A DNA stretch of 64,000 nucleotides, from positions 14,560 through 78,559 of the forward strand of contig CANMBE010000009.1 in NCBI GenBank assembly GCA_947495975.1, read 5' to 3'. This document shows, piece after piece, positions 45,945-56,433 of the stretch. The notes under the pieces are model-generated. The model saw only the letters and a list, made by a program, of their open reading frames with translations. It was not told the origin of the DNA and did no database searches. Each line of letters starts with the position of its first letter. Position 1 is the first letter of the stretch. The position numbers were made by a program, and so were the translations under genes. Source of the DNA: Ignavibacteria bacterium (GTDB lineage Bacteria; Bacteroidota; Ignavibacteria; Kapaibacteriales; Kapaibacteriaceae).

Positions 45945-48053
45945 CTAGAAAGCCATTGTCTCGCGAATGGTTCGTACCACGTCCCCAACATTGATGAGAG
46001 TTGCACTCTCAAGGCTTTTTGCGAACCCAACTGGGGTATCCTTTGACCCCAATCGCGCCACTGGAGCATCCAAAAATCTAAAGAGCTCCTCTCCTACGGC
46101 CGATGCCACCTCTCCACCAAAACCACCTGTCTTCTTATCCTCATGAACAACAACGCAGCGGCCAGTGGATTTAACTCTCTCAAACACGAGTTCCTTGTCC
46201 CACGGGGCTAATGAACGCAAATCAATGACCTCTACATCAATATTGTCGGCCTTGAGGATCTCGGCCGCCTGTAGACACAAATGCACTGGCGTGCCATATG
46301 TTACGACTGTTACGCTTGTGCCTGGCCTTCTAATCCTGGCCTTGCCGAAAGGAATAATGAAGTCCTCTGGTGGCATTGGAGTAGACGTAGGGCGGTAATT
46401 ATAGAGGAATTTTGGCTCGAGGAACATGGTGGTACCTCGAGACCTAATAGCATTACGCATTAATCCTACTGCATCGTCGGCAAATGACGGACAAACAACT
46501 CTCAATCCAGGGAGTGTCGTAAAAGTACCTTCTAGGTTCTGCGAGTGATACATGCCGCCTTGTATATACCCACCTGATGCAAGTCGAATGACAACTGCAG
46601 GTGCAAATTGTCCGCGTGTACGCCAATAATCATGGGTGCACTCAATGAGTTGCTCCATCGCCGGCCAGAAATAGTCGGCAAATTCAGCCCCCTCAACAAC
46701 AACTCGAATGTCATCCCGATATCGCGTCATGCCATTCGCAGTACCCACGATGTAGTCTTCAGCAATTGGAGCGTTGAACACTCTGTCATTGCCAAACTCA
46801 TCCAGCATTCCTTTGCAGACGTTGAAAATCCCCTGCTTTTTCTCAGATGCTACGTCCTGACCAAAAAGAAAGGTGTTGGGATTGCGACGGAATTCTTCCT
46901 TCATCGCATGTAAGATTCCCTCGCGAAAGGTCAATAATGGGGCGTCAGCAGCAGGCTTCCAACGTGCCTCGCTGCTATCTGTGTATCCAACAACGGGTTC
47001 AGGAAGCAAAAACTCTGAGTATGTTTCGCCCGCAGGTTCGGCAAGGAGCTCAACGGCATCTGCTGCCGCAAAAACGGCCTTCTTGTTTAGCTCTTCAATA
47101 GCCACCAACTCTTGTTCTGTAGTAATTCCGGCTGCCAAAAGTGTTGCACGCATGCGAGGAAGTGGATCGCGCGCTTTCATAGACTCAATGTCTTCCTTCG
47201 TCCGGTAGAGCTCATGGTTGTCAGAATTGGAATGCGAACCAATCCTATCACAATCGGCATGGACCATGGCAGGCCCCTTGCCACTTAACACGTATTCGCG
47301 AGCCAACACCATCGTGCGGTAGGAGTCCATCGGATCGCGCCCGTCACAGAGAAGAATCTTCAGGTTGGTAAAACCACGAAAGTTGTCGGAAACAACAGGG
47401 TTGGTTGTCTGCTCTCGAAGCGGTACCGATATGCCGTACTTGTTGTTCTGGATAACGAATATCAAGGGGAGCTTTTCGCGGTCGGCACCATTCACGGCTT
47501 CGTAATAGTAGCCTTCAGACGTGGTACTGTCGCCTGTAGAGCAATACACAACCTCATCGCCCTTGTATTTTTTGATCGACCGTGCGAGGCCGGCTGCCTG
47601 CTGGGAGTGATTGCCGGTGCACGACGACGAGTTTTGTAGACCGATAGAAATCTTGGCGAAGTGGTTGCTCATGTGACGTCCGCCACCAGCAACGTCTAGG
47701 TCCTTCGATAAACCGTTAGCGATGATTTCTTCTACAGTGAGACCCGCGGCGAGTGATGTGAGGAGATCGCGATAGTAGGGAAACAAGAAATCTTTTCCCG
47801 AGCGAAAGACTTTACCGAGGGCAAGCTGAATACCATCATGCCCTGCAAAAGGAGCGTGATAAGACCAGCCCTTAGCCATCTTTAGATAGTTGGCTGCCTT
47901 TTCGTCGAGGCGCCTTCCAAGATGCTGCGTTGTATACCAATCAAGCAATGTCAGCTTATCAAACCCACTCGTATCAAAAAGATCTTGCCTTGTCTTTACA
48001 CCCGTGACTGGCGTCTTCTTCATCTCCTTGGCCTTGGCCATGTTCGTCTCCAT
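45945..48053 (-). CDS. 2-oxoacid dehydrogenase E1, fused alpha+beta (probably branched-chain)
   Basis: TPP motif GDSTTSEG...QNNKYGIS, HSNSD, FGQDV, FNAPIAE, GGMYHSQ, FLEPKFLY, VVVHED. Confidence 0.9.
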   Translation of the reverse strand: METNMAKAKEMKKTPVTGVKTRQDLFDTSGFDKLTLLDWYTTQHLGRRLDEKAANYLKMAKGWSYHAPFAGHDGIQLALGKVFRSGKDFLFPYYRDLLTSLAAGLTVEEIIANGLSKDLDVAGGGRHMSNHFAKISIGLQNSSSCTGNHSQQAAGLARSIKKYKGDEVVYCSTGDSTTSEGYYYEAVNGADREKLPLIFVIQNNKYGISVPLREQTTNPVVSDNFRGFTNLKILLCDGRDPMDSYRTMVLAREYVLSGKGPAMVHADCDRIGSHSNSDNHELYRTKEDIESMKARDPLPRMRATLLAAGITTEQELVAIEELNKKAVFAAADAVELLAEPAGETYSEFLLPEPVVGYTDSSEARWKPAADAPLLTFREGILHAMKEEFRRNPNTFLFGQDVASEKKQGIFNVCKGMLDEFGNDRVFNAPIAEDYIVGTANGMTRYRDDIRVVVEGAEFADYFWPAMEQLIECTHDYWRTRGQFAPAVVIRLASGGYIQGGMYHSQNLEGTFTTLPGLRVVCPSFADDAVGLMRNAIRSRGTTMFLEPKFLYNYRPTSTPMPPEDFIIPFGKARIRRPGTSVTVVTYGTPVHLCLQAAEILKADNIDVEVIDLRSLAPWDKELVFERVKSTGRCVVVHEDKKTGGFGGEVASAVGEELFRFLDAPVARLGSKDTPVGFAKSLESATLINVGDVVRTIRETMAF

Positions 48054-48074
48054 TGTGTTTCGTTCAATAGTGTC

Positions 48075-49010
48075 TTATTTGGAACGGGTCTTCTTCACGG
48101 GCGTAAGCCATCCGTACGGGTCTTCGCCGTCTACGGTGATTTTATGGAAGGCCTGTTGCATCGCTCGCGTTATTGGACCAACCTTGCCTCTGCCCACGGC
48201 AATTCTGTCTACTGTTTTTACTGGCGTGATTTCTACCGCTGTCCCCGTCAAGAACATCTCGTCACACGTGTACAACATTGCCCGTGGGACGTCTTGTTCA
48301 CGCACGTTAATGCCCAACTCCTGCGCAAGCGTCATCACAGTATCGCGAGTAATACCTGGCAAGAGAGACGATGCTGCAGGAGGCGTGATAAGTTCATTGT
48401 CCAGTACAATAAACACATTCTCGCCTGAACCTTCCGTTACGTTGCCATAGGTGTCTAGGCAGATGCCTTCTGCATAACCGTTTTCAACGGCTTCCATTTT
48501 AACAAGCTGTGAATTCATGTAGTTGCCACCTGCCTTTGCCATTGATGGCAAAGCGTTTGGCGTGATGCGGTCCCACGAAGAGACGCATACATCAACACCA
48601 TTATCTGATGCATCATCACCCAGATAGGCGCCCCATTCCCATGCGGCAATGTAGACTTCAAGCGGACAGCGTAAACTGTAGACGCCCATATCCCCTAACC
48701 CACGCAGAGCAAATGGTCGGATATAGCAGCGGCCGAGTTTATTTCGTCGGACCAAATCAACTGCTGCCTCTGACAGCTCATCAACGCTAAATGGAAGCTT
48801 TGTGCGGTAGACTTTTAACGACATGTGAAGTCGGCGCATATGTTCTTGCAGTCGAAATATGGCTGGGCCATCTGGTGTGTCATAACACCGAATGCCCTCA
48901 AACCACGACGTGCCATAATGCACTACATGTGATAGAACGTGAATAGACGCTTTTTCAAACGGAACGAACGTCCCATTCTTCCAGATTGTGCGGGTTGGCG
49001 TAATCGGCAT
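48075..49010 (-). CDS. ilvE: Branched-chain amino acid aminotransferase
   Basis: VVHYGTSWFEGIRCY, YIRP, AKAGGNYMNS, EGSGENVF, LLPGITR, GTAVEITPV. Confidence 0.97.
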   Translation of the reverse strand: MPITPTRTIWKNGTFVPFEKASIHVLSHVVHYGTSWFEGIRCYDTPDGPAIFRLQEHMRRLHMSLKVYRTKLPFSVDELSEAAVDLVRRNKLGRCYIRPFALRGLGDMGVYSLRCPLEVYIAAWEWGAYLGDDASDNGVDVCVSSWDRITPNALPSMAKAGGNYMNSQLVKMEAVENGYAEGICLDTYGNVTEGSGENVFIVLDNELITPPAASSLLPGITRDTVMTLAQELGINVREQDVPRAMLYTCDEMFLTGTAVEITPVKTVDRIAVGRGKVGPITRAMQQAFHKITVDGEDPYGWLTPVKKTRSK

Positions 49011-50485
49011 TATTCCTCCAACGTGTTCGAACCCTGGACGGACTCCAAGGCTTCCTTCATTAAACTGCTCACAATCGATGGATTTGCAGATCCACCCGAA
49101 GCCTTTAGTACCTGACCCACAAAAAAACCGAAGAGATTCGTTTTGCCTTCGCTGTACTTCTTGAGATTATCTGGATTGTTCCGGATTACATCGTCAACAA
49201 GCATCTTAATAGCACCCTCATCAGAAATCTGGCTTAGCCCCCGCTCATCAATGAATTCCTGAGCCACACGACCGCTACCTATCATGTCAGGGAAAAGCTC
49301 TTTTGCGGTCTTGCTACTAATCTTCCCATTTGTGATGGCATTTACTAATGACGCGAGTTGTGAACTGGTAACACCTACCTCGTTGATCCCGCATTTATGC
49401 TCTCCCATTATCCGCAGCATCTCTGTCATCGTCCAATTGCTTACAAGCTTAAAAGCCTCGCTGGAGGCTGGCACAAGCTGCGAACACGTCTCTTCATACA
49501 TCAGTGCAACGTCTGAGTTGTCTACCAAGATACCTGCATCATATGTTGGAATGCCGTACTGCTCAATGAATCTGCGCTTTTTTGCCAGAGCTAACTCTGG
49601 GAGTGATTGTTGCAATTCCATACGCCAGGCTTCATCTACAACTACAGGAACCAGATCTGGTTCGGAGAAATATCGGTAGTCATGCGCCTCTTCTTTTGAC
49701 CTCATCAGTTTAGTCTTCTGAGCGCCTGCATCCCACATAAGGGTTTGCTGCACCACTGTACCGCCATTCTTGAGCGTGTCAATTTGGCTACCTATCTCGT
49801 ACTCGATTGCCTTTTCCACGTTGCGAAACGAATTGAGGTTTTTTACTTCGCGCCTAGTACCAAAATCGTCTTGGCCATCTGGACGAACGGAAATGTTGGC
49901 ATCACAGCGCAGACTACCTTCCTCCAGGTTGCCGTCACATATGCCGAGGTACATGAGAATTTGTCGGATCTGCTGCAAATACTGATAGGCTTCGTGAGCG
50001 CTTCTAATGTCTGGCTCGCTAACGATCTCAATAAGGGGCACACCAGCGCGGTTCAGATCCACAAGAGTGTCTATATCTAAATCGTGGATGCTTTTTCCAG
50101 CATCCTCTTCCATGTGGATACGCGTGATACCAATGTGCTTTACGCCAGCATCTGTTTCAATTTCTACGGAACCACCAAAACATATCGGATCTGCATACTG
50201 CGTTACCTGATAGCCTTTTGGAAGGTCCGGGTAGAAATAGTTTTTGCGGGAGAATGAGGATACTTCTCGAATTGAGCAGTTGGTTGCAAGCCCCATCTTG
50301 ACTGCGTAGGCAACAAGATTTTTGTTCAAAACAGGCAATGTGCCGGGGTGACCAAGACAAATAGGACACGCGTTCACATTTGGCTGTGCGCCAAAATCAG
50401 TAGGGCAAGAACAAAACGCCTTTGAGGCAGTAGTTAACTGCGCGTGAACTTCTAATCCTATAACGGCATTGTAGCCAGTCCGCAT
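49010..50485 (-). CDS. gatB: Asp/Glu-tRNA amidotransferase subunit B (start moved to 50485)
   Basis: VIGLEVHAQL, GHPGTLP, RKNYFYPDLPKGYQ, HMEEDAGK, RCDANIS, EVKNLNS, YRYFSEPDL. Confidence 0.97.
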   Translation of the reverse strand: MRTGYNAVIGLEVHAQLTTASKAFCSCPTDFGAQPNVNACPICLGHPGTLPVLNKNLVAYAVKMGLATNCSIREVSSFSRKNYFYPDLPKGYQVTQYADPICFGGSVEIETDAGVKHIGITRIHMEEDAGKSIHDLDIDTLVDLNRAGVPLIEIVSEPDIRSAHEAYQYLQQIRQILMYLGICDGNLEEGSLRCDANISVRPDGQDDFGTRREVKNLNSFRNVEKAIEYEIGSQIDTLKNGGTVVQQTLMWDAGAQKTKLMRSKEEAHDYRYFSEPDLVPVVVDEAWRMELQQSLPELALAKKRRFIEQYGIPTYDAGILVDNSDVALMYEETCSQLVPASSEAFKLVSNWTMTEMLRIMGEHKCGINEVGVTSSQLASLVNAITNGKISSKTAKELFPDMIGSGRVAQEFIDERGLSQISDEGAIKMLVDDVIRNNPDNLKKYSEGKTNLFGFFVGQVLKASGGSANPSIVSSLMKEALESVQGSNTLEE

Positions 50486-50565
50486 TCCACTTCCTGTAGG
50501 TCCAAAGAGCATCAAAACTACGGAAATCAACGCTGGTCAATACTAGACAGAAGCTCATTACGGTC

Positions 50566-51537
50566 TTAAAACTTCAAATGTGTGCGCACATCCAGATTCC
50601 CACCACAGACGATTATTCCAACACGTTTGCCTCTCACGAGCTGCGGATCATCAAGGAGAGCCCCAAGTGTAACCGAGGCGCTGGGCTCCACCACAATCTT
50701 TAGCCGCTCCATCATGTGATACAGTCCGTCGATGATTGATTTCTCCGTGGCCGTAACAATTCGAACCTGCGTGTGCTGCAACACTGCAAAAGGTAACTCA
50801 CCCAAGGCAGTACGTAGCCCATCGGCAATTGTCATCGTTGTGGGAGGGGGCTGACGAATTCCGGTATCCATTGAGCGTTTTGCGTCGTCAGCTACCTCTG
50901 GCTCAGCACCAATAATTGCTGCATTCGGACAAACAGCCCTCGTAACGATTGCCGTTCCGCTTAAGAGTCCGCCACCTCCAACTGGTGCCATTATCACATC
51001 CAAGTCTGGGAAATCTTCCAAGAGTTCTAGCGCGGCGGTTCCCTGACCGGCAATCACACGAGCATCATCGTATGGCGGAATTGCATGCGCCCCCGTTGTA
51101 TCAATTATCTGTTGCATCGTATGAAGACGCGACTGCAGGGTGGGTTCGCACAACACAATTGACGCACCGTATTCAAGTACAGCATCCCTTTTAACCTTGG
51201 GGGCATTTGATGGCATCACAATAGTGCATTGAATTCCACGAAGCCGAGCCGCATACGCTAATGCCTGTGCATGATTGCCTGATGAGTGAGTAACAACACC
51301 GCGCTCAGCAACTGCCTCATCCAGCATCATAACAGCATTGCAGGCGCCTCGCGCCTTAAATGCTCCAACCTTTTGAAAGTTCTCGCATTTGAAGAAGAGG
51401 TGAGCGCCGATGAGTTCATTCATCGACTGCGATGTAATGATTGGCGTTCGATGAATGAAGGAGCGAATGCGATCGGCTGCATCACGAACGTCGTTGATCG
51501 TTGGAAGATGAGACAACATCGCTGATTGCGCCATCAC
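50566..51537 (-). CDS. PLP-dependent serine/threonine dehydratase or serine racemase family protein
   Basis: [50 protein letters not shown]; no ACT domain. Confidence 0.88.
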   Translation of the reverse strand: MMAQSAMLSHLPTINDVRDAADRIRSFIHRTPIITSQSMNELIGAHLFFKCENFQKVGAFKARGACNAVMMLDEAVAERGVVTHSSGNHAQALAYAARLRGIQCTIVMPSNAPKVKRDAVLEYGASIVLCEPTLQSRLHTMQQIIDTTGAHAIPPYDDARVIAGQGTAALELLEDFPDLDVIMAPVGGGGLLSGTAIVTRAVCPNAAIIGAEPEVADDAKRSMDTGIRQPPPTTMTIADGLRTALGELPFAVLQHTQVRIVTATEKSIIDGLYHMMERLKIVVEPSASVTLGALLDDPQLVRGKRVGIIVCGGNLDVRTHLKF

Positions 51538-53537
51538 ATGTTGCGGCGGTATTGTCCGCCCACTTCGTAAAGCGCATTCGTCATTTGACCAAGCGAACTC
51601 ACTTTTGCTGCTTCCATGAGAGCTTCAAAGATATTGTGGTTCTTTATGGCCGCTTGGCGTAGCGCTACCAAAGCATCATCTGTTTCTTTGCCACTTCGTG
51701 TTTGCACCGAATGAACATTTGTTATCTGCTGTTCTTTCTCATCTGTGGTGGACCGAATAACCTCTTTCGGGATTATTGTTGGCGAACCCTTAGAACTGAG
51801 AAATGTATTGACGCCGATAATCGGATATTCTCCGGTATGCTTCAACGTTTCATAGTACAGCGATTCTTCCTGAATCTTGTTCCGTTGGTACATGTTCTCC
51901 ATTGCACCGAGTACACCACCGCGTTCAGTGATTCGCTTAAACTCTGTGTAGACTGCCTCTTCTACAAGGTCTGTTAACTCTTCGATGATGAAAGCCCCCT
52001 GAATAGGGTTTTCATTCTTCGTTAATCCGAGTTCTCTGTTAATGATGAGTTGTATTGCAATTGCACGACGAACACTGTCTTCGGTTGGCGTTGTAATGGC
52101 CTCATCATATGCGTTCGTATGCAACGAATTGCAATTGTCATAGATGGCGTACAAAGCTTGTAGTGATGTTCGAATGTCATTGAAGTCGATCTCCTGCGCA
52201 TGCAAAGACCTGCCCGATGTTTGAATATGATACTTCAACATCTGCGAGCGTTCATTGCCACCATACATTTGCTTCATTGCTTTTGCCCAAATCTTTCTCG
52301 CTACTCGGCCGATAACGCTGTACTCAGGATCAACACCATTCGAAAAGAAGAATGAGAGGTTTGGCGCAAAGTCATCGATGTTCATACCTCGAGAGAGGTA
52401 GTACTCCACATATGTAAAACCATTTGAAAGCGTAAAAGCTAATTGCGTAATTGGGTTGGCACCTGCTTCAGCAATGTGATAACCGGATATTGACACAGAG
52501 TAAAAATTTCGAATACCTTCGTTGATGAAGTATTCCTGCACATCACCCATCATTCGCAGTGCAAACTCTGTTGAGAAAATGCACGTGTTCTGTGCCTGGT
52601 CTTCTTTGAGAATATCGGCCTGAACCGTACCTCGTACGTTCTGCAATGCTCGCTGCCTGCATTCAGCATATACATCCGGTGGCAAAACCTTATCACCAGT
52701 AACACCAAGAAGTAATAGGCCTAATCCCTTGTTTCCATCAGGCAGGTCAACAGAACCATCGCCGTGTTTATAGAGTGGACGAAGAAGCCCCTTAGCCGAA
52801 TACATCTCGCTGATTTTCTTTTCTATCTCTGGTTCAAGCGAACGTTCGCGAATCACCTTTTCGCATTCTTGATCAATAGCAGCGTTCATAAAAAACGCCA
52901 AAATCATCGGAGCCGGTCCATTAATCGTCATTGAAACCGATGTGGTAGGAGAGCACAGATCAAAGCCAGAATAGAGTTTTTTTGCATCATCGAGCGAAGC
53001 AATACTTACACCTGCATTTCCGATCTTTCCATAGATATCGGGCCGGTGATCTGGATCTTCACCATACAGCGTAACGCTATCGAATGCAGTAGATAGTCTA
53101 GCTGCCGGCATCCCCTTGGATAGATAATGAAATCGCTTGTTTGTTCGCTCTGGTCCACCTTCGCCTGCAAACATCCGTGTAGGATCTTCATTCATTCGCT
53201 TAAATGGGTACACGCCGGCAGTGAATGGAAACTCACCTGGCACGTTTTCTTGCATGCACCACCGAACAATTTCGCCCCAGTCTTTGAATTGAGGCAAGGA
53301 TATTTTTGACACGCGGGTGTGGCTGAGAGATTCACTGTAGTTGTCAACACGAATTTCCTTACCACGAACACTATATGTAAAGTGTTCGCCTTGGTACGAT
53401 GCCTTTTTCTTCTCCCACGAAGAAAGCATTGATCGAACGTCACTATGCAGTTGCGACTCAAGCTCAGCTGCGCGAAGCTCAAGAATGTTGATTGCTTCCT
53501 GCACGGGAACAGATACAGTTGTTGTTTTTGTACTCAT
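51534..53537 (-). CDS. icmF: IcmF C-terminal half: isobutyryl-CoA mutase substrate-binding TIM barrel plus part of the linker
   Basis: [26 protein letters not shown] (Phe at the MCM Tyr site), [23 protein letters not shown] (Gln at the MCM Arg site), [10 protein letters not shown], terminal GGQYRRNM. Confidence 0.93.
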   Translation of the reverse strand: MSTKTTTVSVPVQEAINILELRAAELESQLHSDVRSMLSSWEKKKASYQGEHFTYSVRGKEIRVDNYSESLSHTRVSKISLPQFKDWGEIVRWCMQENVPGEFPFTAGVYPFKRMNEDPTRMFAGEGGPERTNKRFHYLSKGMPAARLSTAFDSVTLYGEDPDHRPDIYGKIGNAGVSIASLDDAKKLYSGFDLCSPTTSVSMTINGPAPMILAFFMNAAIDQECEKVIRERSLEPEIEKKISEMYSAKGLLRPLYKHGDGSVDLPDGNKGLGLLLLGVTGDKVLPPDVYAECRQRALQNVRGTVQADILKEDQAQNTCIFSTEFALRMMGDVQEYFINEGIRNFYSVSISGYHIAEAGANPITQLAFTLSNGFTYVEYYLSRGMNIDDFAPNLSFFFSNGVDPEYSVIGRVARKIWAKAMKQMYGGNERSQMLKYHIQTSGRSLHAQEIDFNDIRTSLQALYAIYDNCNSLHTNAYDEAITTPTEDSVRRAIAIQLIINRELGLTKNENPIQGAFIIEELTDLVEEAVYTEFKRITERGGVLGAMENMYQRNKIQEESLYYETLKHTGEYPIIGVNTFLSSKGSPTIIPKEVIRSTTDEKEQQITNVHSVQTRSGKETDDALVALRQAAIKNHNIFEALMEAAKVSSLGQMTNALYEVGGQYRRNM

Positions 53538-54869
53538 CTAATTATGCGTTACTGTGTAGAGCTTAGCTGAGGCTGATAACCCACCTATCCAAAGAGTAAT
53601 AATCTTCCCAGCTTTTAAGACAATGGTTGTTGGACCAATAACAACCTGGTTCGTGCCTGCTTTCTTGAAGACGATGGTATAGGTGCTTGGCACGCGACTA
53701 AAGAATGCACTCGTGAATGTGTCACTGTAGCTGGCTTTGCGGAACGAAAGGTCTTGACACTCATCAATTTTTAGGTCACCAGTAGGAGTTACAACGTATC
53801 CATCAAGGTTGGGTGCATCCGCAGAAAGATGGACCACACGCACGGATGTCTCATTTGGCACAAGGGGCTTCTTTAGGTCAACGAGTTCCAGCAACACCAC
53901 GTTTGGTGGAAAGAGTCGGCCCGAACCAAAAAGTGTTTTGAGGCCACGTTGTGCTACCAAAAATGTAGCGTCCGTAATAACTGGAGACCCAGATGCCAAA
54001 ACTGTGGCTGTGTGTTGTCCTGGCGCAAGATCGATGTACGGACTCTGATTTGAAAACGCAAGGTTGTTAATGGACGCCGTTGCAGAACCATCAAGATTCA
54101 CCGATATTGGGCCCGCGCCAGGTACGGCATGCACGACCTGAATACTTCCTCGGTCGGTTGAAACACGTAGATCCTGATATGTAGAGCCGCCTACGTTGTT
54201 GTTATAGAGTCTGGCAATAACACCCCAAGAATCGGCATCGGTAAGAGTGCCCATCAATGCTAACGTATACGACGTGTTTTGATCGAGACGCACACTGTCA
54301 TAGGCAATTTCAAAAGTTGAATTGCCCAACTGCAACACAGAGAATGGATACGTACCAGCATCGATGTCAGAATAATCAGATACCACAGTGTAGCGCAAGG
54401 GACCCAAGAGAAGTGAGTCATCTGTGTACGCCAAGGAAAGCTGACCACCATCTGAAATGCCATTAACAAGATTTATACATGCCTTTCCTGCCATTGGCCG
54501 CCGTACATCATCGTCAAAAGAAAAGGAGAATGTTTTAATCGGAGGGAATGCATACGCCGTAAAACTGCCTCCGGTATACATCCGTTGCACTGAACTAACT
54601 TGAGCCGAATCTTTGCCGGCAAAGTGAATCCCCACTTTAATTACATCGCCACTCACCCCAGCGAGCACATAGCCGCTACTCTTACCAGATTTGACACCGC
54701 TCGTTACTTTCCTATCAACAACGGATAGATCTAATCCGATTGTATCATCATGAGCGATATTCAAGAGTCTAATAAACGTAGTCTCAGTTGGCGGCTTGGT
54801 GCCGTCATCATTAGAACATCCAACGATTAACGCAATGGCCAAGATTGCAACCAATGTGATTTTACTCAT
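53538..54869 (-). CDS. DUF4397-domain lipoprotein
   Basis: Lipobox IVGC; repeated IRLLNIAHD / INLVNG / VVHAVPGAG / VRVVHLSADAPNLD motifs. Confidence 0.8.
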   Translation of the reverse strand: MSKITLVAILAIALIVGCSNDDGTKPPTETTFIRLLNIAHDDTIGLDLSVVDRKVTSGVKSGKSSGYVLAGVSGDVIKVGIHFAGKDSAQVSSVQRMYTGGSFTAYAFPPIKTFSFSFDDDVRRPMAGKACINLVNGISDGGQLSLAYTDDSLLLGPLRYTVVSDYSDIDAGTYPFSVLQLGNSTFEIAYDSVRLDQNTSYTLALMGTLTDADSWGVIARLYNNNVGGSTYQDLRVSTDRGSIQVVHAVPGAGPISVNLDGSATASINNLAFSNQSPYIDLAPGQHTATVLASGSPVITDATFLVAQRGLKTLFGSGRLFPPNVVLLELVDLKKPLVPNETSVRVVHLSADAPNLDGYVVTPTGDLKIDECQDLSFRKASYSDTFTSAFFSRVPSTYTIVFKKAGTNQVVIGPTTIVLKAGKIITLWIGGLSASAKLYTVTHN

Positions 54870-54904
54870 GATTCCCTATGTACCATTTGTTCAATGTTGA
54901 TGTG

Positions 54905-56314
54905 TCATTTAATATGTGTGCCTGACAGTTCGTCTATTGCACCTCGTACTCTCCATAACGCGCGTGCTAGTTGTGACTGTTGCACAACGTGCGCATCGTA
55001 CCGTCGGTTGTTTTCTACGATCTCCGCTAGGTAGCGCGTGCGCTCCGGAGGGATAATGAAGATTTTTTCGCTCATCTCATCGGTAATCTCATAGTTCGAT
55101 TTCCATGGTAATTCGCATCGAGCGATGAGCAGATCGTTGAGAGCCCTGTACAATGTGTTGGTGCCCGGGTCATTAAACTGAGATGCAATTGTTCCATAAA
55201 CTGGCATCTCTTCAATCTTGGTATCAAAGAGCAAGCGACTTCGTTGAAACTGCTTGCTTACGTCGCGCAGCGCATCAAGAGCACCGCGCTTATCAAACTT
55301 GTTGAGGGCAATAATGTCAGCATAGTCAATCATGTCGATCTTCTCAAGCTGCGACGCAGCGCCGTACTCAGGCGTCATTACATACATCGATACATCTGCA
55401 ACATCCGTTATCTGTGAATCGCTCTGGCCGATTCCAGCAGTTTCAACGATGATGAGATCATAACGTGCGTACGAGAGGATTTGAATTGCATCTAGCACGT
55501 GAGGGTTGATAGCAATGTTTGCTTCTCGCGTGGCAAATGAGCGCATGTACACACGTGAATCGCTCACTGCATTCATTCGAATCCGATCGCCCAAGAGTGC
55601 GCCGCCCGTCTTTCTCTTTGACGGATCTACACTTACCACAGCAATTGTTTTGTCAGGATGATCTAGTAAGAATCTTCTAACAATCTCATCAGTCAACGAC
55701 GATTTTCCTGCGCCGCCCGTACCTGTTATACCTAGGACTGGTGACTTCTTTGCATCAATCGCAAACGCAACAAGATTACTGTCTCCGCGTTCAGCACTCG
55801 AGATTGCCTGTGCAATTGCTAACGGATCCTTTTCAAATACACGCGTGCTTAGCTCTGAAGCATGGACGAGCGGCGTTACAAAGTCGCTCTTTTGCACAAG
55901 GTCATTGATCATTCCTTGAAGCCCCATTGCACGGCCATCATCTGGGGAGTACACTCGAGTGATGCCTGCGGCATGCAACGTGTCGATCTCCGTTGGAAGG
56001 ATTGTACCGCCACCGCCCGCAAAGATTTTAATGTGGCCGGCGCCTCTCTCAACAAGTAGACGTTTCATGTAAGTGAGGTACTCTACATGTCCTCCCTGGT
56101 ATGACGTCATAGCAATTGATTGGACGTCTTCTTGAATAGCGCACTCAACAACCTCTTTAACAGACCGGTTGTGTCCTAGGTGAATTACCTCGCACCCTGT
56201 AGCCTGGATAATCCTACGCATCACGTTAATGGCAGCGTCATGGCCATCAAACAATGAAGCCGCGGTGACAATACGAACCTTATGTTGCGGAACGTAGGGT
56301 GTTGGAGATTGCAT
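54905..56314 (-). CDS. icmF: IcmF N-terminal half: cobalamin-binding domain plus MeaB/MeaI GTPase (469 aa; start moved to 56314)
   Basis: [77 protein letters not shown]. Confidence 0.93.
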   Translation of the reverse strand: MQSPTPYVPQHKVRIVTAASLFDGHDAAINVMRRIIQATGCEVIHLGHNRSVKEVVECAIQEDVQSIAMTSYQGGHVEYLTYMKRLLVERGAGHIKIFAGGGGTILPTEIDTLHAAGITRVYSPDDGRAMGLQGMINDLVQKSDFVTPLVHASELSTRVFEKDPLAIAQAISSAERGDSNLVAFAIDAKKSPVLGITGTGGAGKSSLTDEIVRRFLLDHPDKTIAVVSVDPSKRKTGGALLGDRIRMNAVSDSRVYMRSFATREANIAINPHVLDAIQILSYARYDLIIVETAGIGQSDSQITDVADVSMYVMTPEYGAASQLEKIDMIDYADIIALNKFDKRGALDALRDVSKQFQRSRLLFDTKIEEMPVYGTIASQFNDPGTNTLYRALNDLLIARCELPWKSNYEITDEMSEKIFIIPPERTRYLAEIVENNRRYDAHVVQQSQLARALWRVRGAIDELSGTHIK

Positions 56315-56346
56315 AGACCAGTCCATTAACAATGAGGACAACGTAG

Positions 56347-56354
56347 CAAAACTA
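56347..56354 (-). promoter_or_regulatory. -7 element TAGTTTTG upstream of icmF-N
   Basis: Exact TAnnTTTG; lies inside the ORF-track N-terminal extension, which supports the downstream ATG 56314. Confidence 0.5.
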
Positions 56355-56433
56355 CGCATCACACGTACGTGTTTTACGTTGACGTTTGACTTACACCCCT
56401 TTCCATGAACTTCTACCTAGTAAATTCTGCACA

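Noticed and set aside
53531-54869. ATGAGTA at the start of both the DUF4397 gene and icmF-C as a target-site duplication
   Set aside because: Only 7 nt, including the obligatory ATG; no transposase or inverted repeats; compatible with chance or start-codon bias.
51534-56314. icmF as a frameshifted pseudogene
   Set aside because: The halves are separated by a complete 1.3-kb gene rather than a frameshift, each has its own start and stop, and catalytic motifs are intact.
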